Origin: Patescibacteria group bacterium
GTDB taxonomy: Bacteria; Patescibacteriota; Patescibacteriia; UBA9934; GWF2-40-263
DNA length: 64,000 nt
Reading direction: 5' to 3'
Assembly (NCBI GenBank): GCA_038065075.1
Contig: JBBTRQ010000001.1
Span: forward strand, 2,823-66,822
Part shown: positions 63,371 to 64,000 of the stretch, in pieces
How positions within the stretch are numbered: the first letter of the stretch is position 1
Layout: each line of letters begins with the position of its first letter
The notes under the pieces: generated by a model
Databases searched by the model: none
Told to the model about the DNA's origin: nothing
Seen by the model: only the letters and a program-made list of their open reading frames with translations
Position numbers and translations under genes: made by a program

Positions 63371-63528
63371 CACGTCACCTCGTCACCGACTTTCTTGCTA
63401 TGTGGCATCCCAAGACGGTGACCAAACATCTCAAGCAGATCAAACGTCCGCAACACTTTGGCAATGGTTGCCTTCTCAAGTGATGCGATGAATTGTTCGA
63501 TCTCTTGGTTGAAAAACCGAATCTCCAT
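63370..63528 (-). pseudogene. Truncated Gp49/HigB-like (RelE superfamily) toxin
   Basis: IEQFIASLEKATIAKVLRTFDLLEMFGHRLGMPHSKKV then stop; lacks the ELR-containing C-terminal half. Confidence 0.75.
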
Positions 63529-63568
63529 AGTTCGTTCATGGTACCAAAAATCCCCCCGCGAGGGGGTT

Positions 63569-63832
63569 TTAAAATTCACGATTCACGATCTGACCCTTGG
63601 GCCTTTCTTTCTTTGGAGGAGGCATGACTTGGACATCAATCTTTTCAATCGCCTTTGGACCGATGTTCGACGACTCCAACTCGCTGATCTGCTGAGAAAA
63701 TTCTTCGACGGTCATCTCTTGTGGATCACGACCTGGGATAGTGACCAAGACGCGGGTGTCAGGAGACAACGTATCAAGAAGTCCAAGGACACTTTCTCGT
63801 TTGTACGCAAATATTCCGTCGTGTGTTTCCAT
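63569..63832 (-). CDS. Hypothetical protein
   Basis: 87-aa ORF ending at a CCCCC/GGGGG hairpin. Confidence 0.5.
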   Translation of the reverse strand: METHDGIFAYKRESVLGLLDTLSPDTRVLVTIPGRDPQEMTVEEFSQQISELESSNIGPKAIEKIDVQVMPPPKKERPKGQIVNREF

Positions 63833-64000
63833 AGGGATTCTTCTAGGCTACCACAAATCTCCTATGAGGGGATCATCGGCAACGGTCGATCTCCAGGAAG
63901 AAGGTAATCAGACGTCTTCCACTGACTCGTTCCGATCGTCACCATGACCGACAAGCGCCTCATGCTTCCGCTGTGTGTGCCAACAGGTCTCTCCCCAGCT

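Noticed and set aside
63845-64000. Partial gene at the right edge
   Set aside because: Frame and strand cannot be determined from the available bases.
1-64000. CRISPR array, rRNA, DGR/retron, or stop-codon reassignment
   Set aside because: No regularly spaced repeats, cas genes, rRNA or reverse transcriptase seen; core genes end in TGA, TAA and TAG normally.

Overview
Bacterial chromosome segment of roughly 55% GC (estimated by eye) using genetic code 11. Gene content points to Patescibacteria/CPR, probably Uhrbacteria-like (inference): TrbC/VirB2-type pilin-anchored giant surface proteins, a short RelA/SpoT without ACT domain, an archaeal-type short AspRS, few Shine-Dalgarno sites and no biosynthetic pathway genes. 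Left arm (1-20.3 kb, minus strand): a >2,980-aa Cys-rich pilin-anchored adhesin that runs off the window and is missing from the ORF track, a second pilin-Ig protein, a YqeY-pilin fusion, rpsU, hisS, lepB, a GT-C-like protein, a membrane-anchored single-NBD Clp ATPase and a Pmp-repeat adhesin. 20.3-24.2 kb: a tRNA-Val(CAC) triplication (two intact diverged copies plus a 3' fragment) enclosing accessory genes. Middle: housekeeping genes (LCP, der, pth, dprA, topA, relA/spoT, parAB, scpAB, aspS, asnS, recO) and a tRNA cluster in which the initiator tRNA-fMet is split by a 263-nt group I intron. Right arm: accessory mosaic with deoD, ABC-F, cfa, a six-HTH protein, an AT-richer TrmB / CADD-like diiron enzyme / ABC island, truncated msrB, a TrpR with a canonical operator, and decayed TA modules. 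Main highlights: the tRNA-fMet group I intron, three families of REP-like palindromes inserted in frame into core genes, the YqeY-signal peptide-pilin fusion, the TrpR operator, and the diiron oxidase/ABC island. All family assignments come from motif recognition by eye; no searches were run.
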